This document shows positions 1-8,880 of a DNA stretch of 42,507 nt, in pieces. The stretch comes from Bacteroidota bacterium (GTDB lineage Bacteria > Bacteroidota > Bacteroidia > Bacteroidales > CG2-30-32-10). The notes beneath the pieces are model-generated. The model was not told the DNA's origin and did no database searches. It saw only the letters and a list, made by a program, of their open reading frames with translations. Position 1 is the first letter of the stretch, and each line of letters begins with the position of its first letter. Position numbers and translations under genes: made by a program. The stretch lies in NCBI GenBank assembly GCA_043801235.1, contig JAZDMF010000122.1, positions 1-42,507 on the forward strand, read 5' to 3'.

Positions 1-774
1 GCCTTATCTCATCATCCAAGTTTAAATAATTCTGTTACTGAAATATTTATTGACGAAAACGCTTCTGTTGATCATTATAAAATGCAGAATAACGATAATC
101 ATTCTGCTATGATTAATAATATTTCGTTTCATCAGCTTGACCACAGCCGTGTATCAAGCAACATTATGACCCTTAACGGAGGATTCATCAGGAATAATGT
201 TACCGTTGCCATTAACGGAGAACATTGCGAAACTAACCTGAACGGATTGTACCTTGTAGATGGCAAACAGCATGTGGACAATCATACTTTTATAGATCAT
301 ATTAAACCCAACAGTACGAGCAGTGAATTGTTCAAAGGCATTATTGACAACCAGGGCAAGGCGGTGTTTAACGGAAGCATAATTGTAAGAAAAGATGCCC
401 AGAAAACTGTGGCATTCCAAACAAACAGGAATATTCTTCTTACTGATGAAGCTACTGTAAACACTAAACCGAATTTGCAGATTTTTGCCGATGATGTGAA
501 ATGCAGCCATGGTGCTACTGTCGGGCAACTTGATACTGAAGCAATGTTTTATCTGCGCGCCCGTGGTATAAGCGAAGATAATGCACGCATGCTGTTAATG
601 AATGCATTTGCTGAGGAAGTAGCTTCTAAAATCACAATTGAACCTTTACGGGAACGTGTTTGCAGCTTAATTGAAAAACGCTTAAAAGGCGAACTTTCTA
701 TCTGTGATCAATGTGTGCTACATTGCAAAAAAAATGAGCCTTTGGTGTTTAATATTGATGTGGATAAAATATAA
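1..774 (+). CDS. sufD: Fe-S cluster assembly protein SufD, C-terminal part (5' end lies outside the window)
   Basis: Frame 1 is open from base 1 to the TAA at 772-774, so the ATG at 82 is internal. The translation shows SufB/SufD-type C-terminal motifs (IFADDVKCSHGATVGQLD, EAMFYLRARGI). The gene sits directly upstream of sufS and sufE. Confidence 0.8.
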   Translation, partial: ALSHHPSLNNSVTEIFIDENASVDHYKMQNNDNHSAMINNISFHQLDHSRVSSNIMTLNGGFIRNNVTVAINGEHCETNLNGLYLVDGKQHVDNHTFIDHIKPNSTSSELFKGIIDNQGKAVFNGSIIVRKDAQKTVAFQTNRNILLTDEATVNTKPNLQIFADDVKCSHGATVGQLDTEAMFYLRARGISEDNARMLLMNAFAEEVASKITIEPLRERVCSLIEKRLKGELSICDQCVLHCKKNEPLVFNIDVDKI

Positions 775-884
775 AAACGTTAGACATTTGTCGTTAACTT
801 CAGTTGCAAAAATAAAACTTAAATTTATCTGTAAAAAAGTCAAACGTCTAACATCTAACAAAAAAACATTAAAAACCTTATAAA

Positions 885-2105
885 TTGAGCTTCGACATTA
901 ATAAAATCCGCGAAGATTTCCCCGCCCTTCATCAGCTGGTTTACAAAAAACCTTTAGTGTATCTTGATAATGCCGCCACAACACAAAAACCAAATTGTGT
1001 TATTGAGACTTTAAAAAATTATTACGAAAAACAGAACAGCAATATTCACCGTGGGGTTCATTACCTGAGTCAGCAAGCCACCACTGTTTATGAAGAAGCA
1101 CGCAAAACCATTCAGCAATTTATAAATGCAGAAAAATCGCATGAAATAATTTTTACCCGCGGAACTACCGAATCAATTAATCTTGTGGCATCATCGTTTG
1201 CAAAGAAGTTTCTGAAAGCAGGTGATGAGGTGCTGGTCACAGCGATGGAGCATCATTCAAACATTGTTCCCTGGCAAATGGCTTGTGAAGAAAAAAACGC
1301 AAAACTAAAAGTGATTCCATTTGATGAAAATGGCGCATTAATAATGGATTCACTTGATAATTTATTAAATGAAAAAGTAAAAATTGTTGCTGTTACACAT
1401 ATCTCAAATGCGCTGGGTACAGTAAATCCTATTAAAGAAATCATCAGAAAATCCCATGAAAAAAACATTCCTGTTCTTGTGGATGGTGCGCAGGCCGTGC
1501 CACACAGGAGAGTGGATGTTCGGGAACTGGATTGCGATTTTTATTGTTTCTCAGGGCATAAAGTTTATGCACCCATGGGTGTTGGCGTTTTATACGGTAA
1601 AGAAAAATGGCTTGAAGAATTACCTCCTTACCAGGGCGGTGGTGAAATGATAAAAAATGTAACTTTTGAAAAAACCACATATAACGATCTTCCTTTTAAA
1701 TTTGAGGCGGGCACGCCAAACGTGGGCGATGGTCTGGGTTTGGAAACTGCCTTAAAGTATTTGAACGTATTGGGACTGGAAAATATTTTTAAGTATGAAG
1801 ATGAACTTCTATCTTATGCAAATAAAAGATTAGCGAAAATTGAAGGTTTGCGTTTCATTGGAAATGCCAAAGAAAAAAAAGGAGTGGCATCGTTTCTTGT
1901 CGGGAAAATTCATCCATACGATATGGGAACCATTCTTGATAAGCTTGGCATTGCTGTAAGAACGGGACATCATTGCGCTCAGCCCGTAATGGACTTTTTT
2001 AAAATCCCCGGAACTGTGAGAGTTTCATTCGCATTATATAATACAAAAGAAGAAGTAGATATTTTAATTGAAGGGATAAAAAAAGCAAAGGAGATGTTGA
2101 GTTAG
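885..2105 (+). CDS. sufS: Cysteine desulfurase SufS (class V aminotransferase)
   Basis: TTG start at 885. The translation carries AMEHHSNIVPW, the PLP-lysine context FSGHKVYAPMGVGVLYG and the catalytic-Cys loop RTGHHCAQPVM. It lies in a suf operon context. Confidence 0.95.
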   Translation: MSFDINKIREDFPALHQLVYKKPLVYLDNAATTQKPNCVIETLKNYYEKQNSNIHRGVHYLSQQATTVYEEARKTIQQFINAEKSHEIIFTRGTTESINLVASSFAKKFLKAGDEVLVTAMEHHSNIVPWQMACEEKNAKLKVIPFDENGALIMDSLDNLLNEKVKIVAVTHISNALGTVNPIKEIIRKSHEKNIPVLVDGAQAVPHRRVDVRELDCDFYCFSGHKVYAPMGVGVLYGKEKWLEELPPYQGGGEMIKNVTFEKTTYNDLPFKFEAGTPNVGDGLGLETALKYLNVLGLENIFKYEDELLSYANKRLAKIEGLRFIGNAKEKKGVASFLVGKIHPYDMGTILDKLGIAVRTGHHCAQPVMDFFKIPGTVRVSFALYNTKEEVDILIEGIKKAKEMLS

Positions 2106-2115
2106 TACAAACCAA

Positions 2116-2206
2116 AAACACTAAGAACACTTAGCTCACTTAGAAACACTAAGAAAAAGATTCTTAGTGCATCTTAGTGTTCTCAGTGAATTCAGTGGTA
2201 AAAAAA
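2116..2206 (+). repeat. Word-array hairpin, 5' flank of GxxExxY cassette 1
   Basis: The left arm has four 7-mers CACTAAG/CACTTAG/CACTTAG/CACTAAG starting at 2119, 2128, 2137, 2147 (spacing 9-9-10). The right arm has CTTAGTG/CTTAGTG/CTCAGTG/TTCAGTG starting at 2163, 2173, 2182, 2191 (spacing 10-9-9). That gives four short helices in exact mirror register. The element ends in CAGTGGTAAAAAAA and is about 90% identical to 2643-2739. Confidence 0.9.
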
Positions 2207-2212
2207 TAATAT

Positions 2213-2626
2213 ATGATAATAACCCAGAAATATGTAAATAATATCGCTTACAGAGTTGTTGGATGTGCAATTGAAGTTAATAAACAATTAGGTCCGGGGC
2301 TTCTCGAATCAGTATACGAAAGTTGTTTTATTGAAGAATTGAAAATGGATGGGCTTGATGTTAAATCTCAAGTATATGTTCCCGTTATTTACAAAGGCAA
2401 AGATTTAGGAGGTTTCTTAAAAATAGATATTCTAGTAAACGATATTTTGATAGTAGAGATAAAAGCCGTGGATACGATGATTCCAATATATAAAGCACAA
2501 CTTTTGTCATACTTAAAATTAGCTGTAAAACCGAAAGGATTATTAATAAATTTTAATTCAACAAATATCATTGAGGATATGACTCCTCTTGTAACCGAAG
2601 AATTTGCAAAGTTGCCTAAAGAATGA
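2213..2626 (+). CDS. GxxExxY family protein (PD-(D/E)xK nuclease-like fold)
   Basis: This 137-aa ORF has the family-defining LGPGLLESVY motif and a D...ExK-like core (KIDILVNDILIVEIKAV). By manual count it is 97/136 identical to the ORF at 20536-20946. Confidence 0.85.
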   Translation: MIITQKYVNNIAYRVVGCAIEVNKQLGPGLLESVYESCFIEELKMDGLDVKSQVYVPVIYKGKDLGGFLKIDILVNDILIVEIKAVDTMIPIYKAQLLSYLKLAVKPKGLLINFNSTNIIEDMTPLVTEEFAKLPKE

Positions 2627-2642
2627 AGTTATTTCAAAATAT

Positions 2643-2739
2643 AAACACTAAGGACACTTAGCTCACTTAGAAACACTATGAAAAAATTCAATACGCTAAG
2701 TGCATCTTAGTGCTCTCAGTGAACTCAGTGCTAAAAAAA
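2643..2739 (+). repeat. Word-array hairpin, 3' flank of GxxExxY cassette 1
   Basis: This is a direct copy of 2116-2206. Left-arm words start at 2646, 2655, 2664, 2674 (9-9-10) and right-arm words at 2696, 2706, 2715, 2724 (10-9-9). The loop is 6 nt longer. The element ends in CAGTGCTAAAAAAA, 7 nt before the sufE ATG. Confidence 0.9.
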
Positions 2740-2746
2740 TGTGAAG

Positions 2747-3178
2747 ATGAATATTTCAGAAACTGAAAACGAAATCATCAGTGAATTTGAACAGTTCGAG
2801 GACTGGCTGGATAAATACAATTACATCATTGAACTTGGAAAATCATTGCCCCTGATAGATGAAAAATACAAGACACAGCAATATATAATAACAGGCTGCC
2901 AGTCGCAGGTTTGGTTGCAGGCTTCTTTAGAAAATAATAAAATTATTTTTAAAGCAGATAGTGATGCCATAATCACGAAAGGTATTGTCAACCTTTTAAT
3001 ACGTGTGTTTTCAGGACATACACCAGAAGAAATATTGAATGCTGATCTTGGTTTCGTGGATAAAATAGGTTTGCGCGAACACCTTTCTCCCACGCGTTCA
3101 AACGGATTAACTTCAATGATAAAACAAATGAAGCTTTATGCGCTTGCCTTTAAAACCAAACTTTCACAAAAACAATAA
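2747..3178 (+). CDS. sufE: Cysteine desulfuration (sulfur acceptor) protein SufE
   Basis: The active-site context GCQSQVWL is present and the size is SufE-like. The gene follows sufS. I prefer the ATG at 2747 over the GTG at 2741 used by the ORF track, but either is possible. Confidence 0.85.
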   Translation: MNISETENEIISEFEQFEDWLDKYNYIIELGKSLPLIDEKYKTQQYIITGCQSQVWLQASLENNKIIFKADSDAIITKGIVNLLIRVFSGHTPEEILNADLGFVDKIGLREHLSPTRSNGLTSMIKQMKLYALAFKTKLSQKQ

Positions 3179-3183
3179 ACGCC

Positions 3184-3504
3184 ATGAATGAAAAAAACTT
3201 TTTGGAACTTGAAAGCAAGATCGTGGATGCATTGAAAAATATTTTCGATCCAGAGATTCCTGTCAGCATCTATGATATGGGAATGATTTACGAAGTTTCA
3301 GTAGATGAAAAATCTATTGCTCATATCACTATGACAGTAACAGCACCCAATTGCCCGGTGGTTGAGACCTTGCCCATTGAGGTTCACAATAAAATAAAAG
3401 AAATAGAAGGCATTAAAGATGTAGATGTGAAGCTTACCTTTGAACCGCCATGGAATGAAGACATGCTGAGCGAAGCGGCAAAACTCGAACTTGGACTACT
3501 TTAA
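3184..3504 (+). CDS. sufT: SUF-associated DUF59 protein (SufT-like Fe-S assembly factor)
   Basis: This is a 106-aa ORF with the DUF59 signature region TMTVTAPNCPV. It is the last gene of the suf cluster. Confidence 0.75.
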   Translation: MNEKNFLELESKIVDALKNIFDPEIPVSIYDMGMIYEVSVDEKSIAHITMTVTAPNCPVVETLPIEVHNKIKEIEGIKDVDVKLTFEPPWNEDMLSEAAKLELGLL

Positions 3505-4835
3505 GAAATGCGGCACAAGCTTTTTTCTTTTCTGAGTACAAGCAAAAGAAAAAATGTCCCGAATATAAAAAACACGATTAAGGCAAGTATGGAATTCCTC
3601 ATGCTTCCTGTTATAGCCTCAATGAATCCAAAACAGAAAGTTCCGCCCACTGTAGCCAGTTTTTCCATTACGTCATAAAAGCTGAAGAATGAAGTATGAC
3701 CGGTGGTTTCGGGAAGCATTTTTGAATATGTTGACCGGCCCAGCGACTGCGAACCACCCATGACTATTCCTACGAAAAAAGCAATGATAATAAATCCAAC
3801 CGCATCGGTGATCAGATAGGCTCCGGCACAAATAATAATCCAACCGCTAATGGCAATAATTAAACTTTTAATATTTCCAAATTTCCCCGAAATCCTTGCG
3901 AACAGCCAGGCGCCAAACATCCCCACAAGCTGAATGACAAGAATTGTTGCTATTAATATTTCGGTTCCCAGCTTTAGTTGCTTTTCGCCATAGGTGGCTG
4001 CCATAAACATTACTGTAAGGATTCCCATGGTGTTAAAGAAAAATCCTGCAAGATAAAAACTTAAAGCAGGTGTTTTCCGTATCTGTTTATAAACATTCCC
4101 AAGCTCTTTATAACCGCTCAGCACAACATTTTTCTTATTTTCCTTACAACCAAATGTATATTTTGGAAGCCGGCTAAATGTAATTTGTGAAAAGCCGATC
4201 CACCAGATAAACACTGATAAAAATGCAATTTTAGGAGGCAGCAGCATATCAGTAATTCCAAAAAACCCGGGGAAAAGAATAATAATAAGATTTATTACAA
4301 GCAATATAACCCCGCCAAGGTATCCCATTGAATAGCCACGGGCGCTGATTTTATCCTGTTCCGATTCTTCCGCAATAACAGGCAAAAACGAATTATAATA
4401 AACGAGGCTCCCACAATAACCAATCGTTCCAAGGGTAAATGCAATAATACCAAGTTCAATATGGTCCTTATCAAAAAAGAAAAGCATGCCGCAGGAAAAA
4501 GCTCCAATCAAAGTAAATAATTTCATAAATAATTTTCGCCTTCCGGTATAATCAGCTATGGAAGAAAAAAGAGGAGTGAATAGGGCAACTACCAGGTATG
4601 CGGCTGCAATTGCCCATGAATAAAGGACAGTATTAATAATATGCAGCCCGAAAAAATCAACGGTAAATTGATCTCCGCTTCGGGTAACCTGATTATAGTA
4701 AACCGGGAAAATAGCCGAAGCAATGGTGAGCTGGTAAACTGAATTGGCCCAGTCGTACATAACCCATCCCCTGATAACTTTTTTATCACCCTTACAGATA
4801 ACCTGATATTTGTTATATTTCGACAAACCGTTCAA
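3501..4835 (-). CDS. MFS transporter (UMF1/Atg22-like)
   Basis: About 12 hydrophobic segments are visible and the N-terminal motif WVMYDWANSVY is typical of UMF1-type MFS proteins. The TTG start overlaps the upstream TGA (TTGA). Confidence 0.7.
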   Translation of the reverse strand: MNGLSKYNKYQVICKGDKKVIRGWVMYDWANSVYQLTIASAIFPVYYNQVTRSGDQFTVDFFGLHIINTVLYSWAIAAAYLVVALFTPLFSSIADYTGRRKLFMKLFTLIGAFSCGMLFFFDKDHIELGIIAFTLGTIGYCGSLVYYNSFLPVIAEESEQDKISARGYSMGYLGGVILLVINLIIILFPGFFGITDMLLPPKIAFLSVFIWWIGFSQITFSRLPKYTFGCKENKKNVVLSGYKELGNVYKQIRKTPALSFYLAGFFFNTMGILTVMFMAATYGEKQLKLGTEILIATILVIQLVGMFGAWLFARISGKFGNIKSLIIAISGWIIICAGAYLITDAVGFIIIAFFVGIVMGGSQSLGRSTYSKMLPETTGHTSFFSFYDVMEKLATVGGTFCFGFIEAITGSMRNSILALIVFFIFGTFFLLLVLRKEKSLCRIS

Positions 4836-5746
4836 TCATTATAATCATTATCTAATCTCACCCTGAATGCAATACCTGCATCAAAATAGATATGGTCTTT
4901 AGTTTTCTGAAAAACAAAGCGGCTGACATCGGGCATATTTTGAATATTATATTCTTCGAATATTCTAAAACCGGTATAACCAATTTCTCCAAAAAGCATC
5001 AATTGTTTTGTAACATAAAACTGATAATAATTCCTTATCATATTATGCCCCCAGAATTTATCCCCTTCACGGATATAACGGTAGGCATATAGCCTGTAGG
5101 ATGCTGTATTGCTTTTATATGCCAAGCCTGTATAAAATCCTTTGCAAATCCTGTATTCATAATTCATACTCCCGGGAAGAACACCGAACAAATACATGTG
5201 GTCGTTTATTTTCCAATCTATTCCGGCTAAAGGCATAAAATAGTTTCCAAAGAACTCTCTGTTGTAAAACAAACCGAATTTCAATTTCAGGCTATTTCTT
5301 TTTTTATAAGAAAACAAAACAGCCCCGCCCATTTGAAAATAATCATTTCGGATTGACAATCCGGAATAGCATTCGCTTATTTTTGGAATGGCAAGTATGG
5401 TAACATTCCATCTGCTTTTTCCAAGATTTTTTATTAATCCCCCCTGAAATGAAAGTTGATAAAGCCTGTCACTATCACCATTTATATGGGTTTTGTTATT
5501 ATAAAGATTAAAATCCAGGCGGTCGTATGAACCACCGAAAAGAATAAAGTTTTTTGATTTTAATTGAAGCGGAATAAAAAACTCTCCGTAATATTGATTT
5601 GTTGATGTTTGGAAATTTTTATTATTCTTAAAATCCGTTTTGGGAAACCTGGAATATTTTAAATTCACAATATCAACGAAAGGTTGTGACAATACTGTTG
5701 ATCCGGCAAGCAATAAAACGAAAACAATAATAATTTTTTTTTTCAT
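4832..5746 (-). CDS. Putative outer-membrane beta-barrel protein, function unknown
   Basis: The N terminus is signal-peptide-like (MKKKIIIVFVLLLAGSTVLSQ). The rest is Tyr/Phe/Gly/Asn-rich with an alternating beta-strand-like pattern. Its ATG overlaps the upstream TAA by 1 nt. Confidence 0.45.
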   Translation of the reverse strand: MKKKIIIVFVLLLAGSTVLSQPFVDIVNLKYSRFPKTDFKNNKNFQTSTNQYYGEFFIPLQLKSKNFILFGGSYDRLDFNLYNNKTHINGDSDRLYQLSFQGGLIKNLGKSRWNVTILAIPKISECYSGLSIRNDYFQMGGAVLFSYKKRNSLKLKFGLFYNREFFGNYFMPLAGIDWKINDHMYLFGVLPGSMNYEYRICKGFYTGLAYKSNTASYRLYAYRYIREGDKFWGHNMIRNYYQFYVTKQLMLFGEIGYTGFRIFEEYNIQNMPDVSRFVFQKTKDHIYFDAGIAFRVRLDNDYND

Positions 5747-6720
5747 TAATAATCACGTTGCATCATCCGGTCAGTAAATTTTTTCAGGTTTATTTTTTTC
5801 TCTTCGTCAATTGAAATCAAAGAATAATATGAAAGTGCTTTATCGTAATATTTGTCAATAAGGTTTACCGTTGATTCTCTTACTCCTATTTTACTATATA
5901 TTTCTTTAACTGCCTGAACTTTTTCCTGAGGATCAGCCGTATTCGATGAGAAAAAATTCTGCAATACTTTTCGGTCATTCCTTTCCGCATCCTGCAATGC
6001 TTTAATATACAAGTAAGTTTTTTTGTTGGTGACTATATCCCCGCCTATTTTTTTTCCGAATTTTTCCTGGTCAGCATAAACATCCAGCAGGTCATCCTGC
6101 AACTGAAAAGCAATTCCAACGCATTCACCGTACTTATAAATGTTTTCTATATCTTCAGGCTTTGCTCTTCCGATAACTGCACCTGTTTTCATACTGGCGG
6201 CAATCAGAACTGCAGTTTTAAGGCGAATCATTTCCATGTATTCATCAATGCCAACATCATTCCTCGTTTCAAAATTCATATCGTACTGTTGCCCTTCGCA
6301 TACTTCAATGGCTGCATTGGTGAAAATTTCAAGTATGTCGTCAAGAACCTCCTTATTGGTTTTTATCAGGTGCTTGTATGCCAGTGCAAACATGGTATCG
6401 CCTGAAAGAATGGCAACATTCGCATTCCATCTTTTAAAAACGGTTTCCTTCCCGCGCCGCAGGGGCGCATTATCCATGATATCGTCATGAAGAAGGGTGA
6501 AGTTATGAAAAACTTCAATCGCTATTGCAGAATGAACGGCAGAATTTAAATCGCCACCGAAAATTTCGCATGTTATCAATACCAGCACCGGTCGTATCCG
6601 TTTCCCGCCAAGGTCTAAAGTATAACTGATAGGTGAATACAGTTCGCCTGGATTTCTTTTTAAATCAATTATTTTTATTGCCTCATTAACTTTTTTAAGT
6701 AAATTATCGGAAGTGTGCAT
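5746..6720 (-). CDS. Polyprenyl diphosphate synthase (trans-isoprenyl diphosphate synthase family)
   Basis: Both Asp-rich motifs are present (LLHDDIMD and FQLQDDLLD). I prefer the start at ATG 6720 (MHTSDNLL). The longer ORF reaching 6780 would overlap the upstream gene by 53 nt. Confidence 0.9.
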   Translation of the reverse strand: MHTSDNLLKKVNEAIKIIDLKRNPGELYSPISYTLDLGGKRIRPVLVLITCEIFGGDLNSAVHSAIAIEVFHNFTLLHDDIMDNAPLRRGKETVFKRWNANVAILSGDTMFALAYKHLIKTNKEVLDDILEIFTNAAIEVCEGQQYDMNFETRNDVGIDEYMEMIRLKTAVLIAASMKTGAVIGRAKPEDIENIYKYGECVGIAFQLQDDLLDVYADQEKFGKKIGGDIVTNKKTYLYIKALQDAERNDRKVLQNFFSSNTADPQEKVQAVKEIYSKIGVRESTVNLIDKYYDKALSYYSLISIDEEKKINLKKFTDRMMQRDY

Positions 6721-6727
6721 GGTGTGT

Positions 6728-7666
6728 TTACCTGATAATAAACTGAGTGTTCTCGAGAATCTTACTGATACCTTCTTCAATGGAATACGGCTTTCTTTTC
6801 AGCAGGCCGAGCATTTTTGAAATGTCGGGAAACCTGCGCAGCATATCGCCTTCTTCAAGAGCGGGTAAATATACTATCCGCGATTTTGAACCTGTGATAT
6901 CTATAATTTTTTTAGCCAGATCGAGCATGGTAATTTCAACATTACCGCCTATATTCACCACATCATTTACAATTTTATCCTCATAAAACGCATTCACGCA
7001 TGCATCAACATTGTCGTCAATATAACAGAATGTGCGGGTCTGCATACCATCGCCGTAAATTGTGATATTCTGATTTTTTACTGCCAGCGATATAAAGCGC
7101 GACATCACAAAGTCAACACTTTGTTTCGGGCCGTATGTGTTGAAGAAGCGGAAAATCGTAAAACCAAGATCGTATTCTTTTTTATAGGACCTGAGATATG
7201 CTTCTCCTGCATTTTTTACCACTGCATAGGGTATTCTTGAGTTCAGGGGTGTCGTAAGCTCGTTCTGCGGCAATTCGGTGGGTTCACCATACACCTCGGA
7301 TGAAGACGAAAAGAAAATCCTTTTCACGCCTGTGTTCTTGCAAAGGTTTAAAATATTTTCGATGCCCTTTAAATCGCATAGTACTTTTACCGGATGCTGC
7401 TGTGTGCGCTGCACGCCTACCAGCGCTGCATAGTGAAACACATAATCGAAATGGTAATTAAACATTACAGAAGCTATATCGCGGTAATTATTAACATCGC
7501 ATTTCACAAAACGCATCTTCTCCGCTGATGTTGCGGGTAATTTCCTGATATCGCCTGTAGTTAAATTATCAACAACAACAATAAAGTTATCAGAATCCTG
7601 AAGCAGTTTTTCAACCAAAGCACTCCCGATAAATCCTGCGCCTCCTGTAATCAATATTTTTCTCAT
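6728..7666 (-). CDS. NAD-dependent epimerase/dehydratase (extended SDR, UDP-sugar decarboxylase/epimerase-like)
   Basis: The N-terminal Rossmann motif GGAGFIGS and a YxxxK catalytic motif (PYAVVK) are present. The protein is 312 aa. Confidence 0.85.
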   Translation of the reverse strand: MRKILITGGAGFIGSALVEKLLQDSDNFIVVVDNLTTGDIRKLPATSAEKMRFVKCDVNNYRDIASVMFNYHFDYVFHYAALVGVQRTQQHPVKVLCDLKGIENILNLCKNTGVKRIFFSSSSEVYGEPTELPQNELTTPLNSRIPYAVVKNAGEAYLRSYKKEYDLGFTIFRFFNTYGPKQSVDFVMSRFISLAVKNQNITIYGDGMQTRTFCYIDDNVDACVNAFYEDKIVNDVVNIGGNVEITMLDLAKKIIDITGSKSRIVYLPALEEGDMLRRFPDISKMLGLLKRKPYSIEEGISKILENTQFIIR

Positions 7667-7720
7667 GAAAAAGGGATATGTTTCTTAAACGAAAAAATAG
7701 GGTATTAGGTTACTTCGATT

Positions 7721-7834
7721 ATGTCAAATTTATGATGTAAAATGTCAAAAGGTAAATTGTTTTTTTATGAAATTAGAAAGAAACAACTCTTTAAATTTCA
7801 TTTTTTACATGTGCAATCTGCTATTTGACATCAT
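7721..7834. repeat. Nested intergenic hairpin built from ATGTCAAA words
   Basis: ATGTCAAA at 7721-7728 and again at 7742-7749 is complementary to TTTGACAT at 7824-7831. The inner perfect 8-bp stem is ATGAAATT (7767-7774) with AATTTCAT (7794-7801). Confidence 0.7.
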
Positions 7835-7840
7835 ATTTTT

Positions 7841-8698
7841 TTACTGCAAATTCATCAGATAGTCGCCATATCCGCTTTTTAACAAGGGTTGTGCAATTTC
7901 CTCCAGTTGTTTTCTGTTAATAAACCCCATGCGGTATGCAATTTCCTCAATACAACCGATTTTAAGACCTTGCCGTTCTTCAATTACCTGAACAAACTGT
8001 GAGGCCTGCAGCAATGAACTGAAAGTGCCTGTATCCAGCCATGCTGTACCCCTGCTAAGGATACCCACTTTTAATTTTCCTTTTTCCAGATAATATTTAT
8101 TCACGTCGGTAATTTCATACTCGCCCCTTGGACTGGGTTTAATATTTTTTGCCACCTCAACAACCGAGTTATCATAAAAATACAATCCGGGAACGGCAAA
8201 ATTCGATTTGGGTTCTTTGGGTTTTTCTTCAATAGAAATAGCTTTCCGGCTTTCATCAAATTCTACTACGCCATATCTTTGCGGGTCGGAAACATGATAA
8301 GCGAAAACCACTCCTCCTTCGGGATTATTATTTTCCTGAATTAATTTCGGCAGATCGGTTCCGTAAAAAATATTATCGCCAAGAATTAACGCTATCTTTT
8401 CTTTTCCGATGAACTTTTCGCCAATAATAAAAGCCTGGGCCAGCCCGTTCGGCACAGCCTGCTCGGCATATTCAAAACTGCATCCCAGGCGAACGCCATC
8501 GCCCAGAAGTTTTTCGAAACCCGGTAAGTCGTGAGGAGTAGAAATAATCAGTATTTCCCTGATTCCTGCCATCATCAATACCGACAGAGGATAATACACC
8601 ATTGGTTTATCGTAAACCGGCATCAATTGCTTGCTTATGGCTATTGTAAGAGGGTGTAATCTTGTTCCGGAACCTCCGGCAAGTACTATTCCTTTCAT
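7841..8698 (-). CDS. rfbA: Glucose-1-phosphate thymidylyltransferase
   Basis: The N terminus [18 protein letters not shown] and a full-length resemblance to RmlA/RfbA (285 aa) support the call. Confidence 0.95.
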   Translation of the reverse strand: MKGIVLAGGSGTRLHPLTIAISKQLMPVYDKPMVYYPLSVLMMAGIREILIISTPHDLPGFEKLLGDGVRLGCSFEYAEQAVPNGLAQAFIIGEKFIGKEKIALILGDNIFYGTDLPKLIQENNNPEGGVVFAYHVSDPQRYGVVEFDESRKAISIEEKPKEPKSNFAVPGLYFYDNSVVEVAKNIKPSPRGEYEITDVNKYYLEKGKLKVGILSRGTAWLDTGTFSSLLQASQFVQVIEERQGLKIGCIEEIAYRMGFINRKQLEEIAQPLLKSGYGDYLMNLQ

Positions 8699-8741
8699 TT
8701 TTAATAAATTAAAATATATGAACTAATGAGACATTAAATAT

Positions 8742-8873
8742 CAATGTCGTTTAGTTAAGAAGAAATATTGAACCCTTTTCAGGGTTCAATTTCACAGATC
8801 ATTTATTTTCCACGGGTGCAACCCGTGGTTATTATTATTTGACTCCTCCGGAGTCCTTAACTAAACGACATTG
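8742..8873. mobile_element. 132-bp MITE with perfect 18-bp terminal inverted repeats and a 10-bp target-site duplication
   Basis: The TIR CAATGTCGTTTAGTTAAG (8742-8759) is the exact reverse complement of 8856-8873. It is flanked by the direct repeat CATTAAATAT at 8732-8741 and 8874-8883. The interior holds three GC-rich hairpins (8767-8790, 8810-8828, 8841-8856). It has no coding capacity. Confidence 0.8.
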
Positions 8874-8880
8874 CATTAAA

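Noticed and set aside
779-852. A weak inverted repeat GTTAGAC / GTCTAAC in the sufD-sufS spacer, as a further word hairpin
   Set aside because: It has only a 7-bp stem and a 60-nt loop. That is too weak to distinguish from chance in AT-rich DNA.
2389-2571. Antisense ORFs inside both GxxExxY genes (2389-2571 minus strand, 20519-20773 plus strand) with similar sequences
   Set aside because: Their similarity is explained by the 71% identity of the sense genes. They lack motifs and would be transcribed against the host operons.
6721-6780. A longer version of the polyprenyl synthase ORF that overlaps the epimerase gene by 53 nt
   Set aside because: The internal ATG at 6720 leaves a 7-nt gap to the upstream stop, and the extra 20 residues are not part of the conserved synthase fold.
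8742-8873. A possible tRNA-like or cloverleaf RNA gene (a closing stem plus three hairpins)
   Set aside because: At 132 nt with an 18-bp closing stem the size and geometry are wrong for a tRNA. I saw no T-loop or anticodon-loop consensus in the loops. The flanking 10-bp direct repeat points to a transposed element instead.
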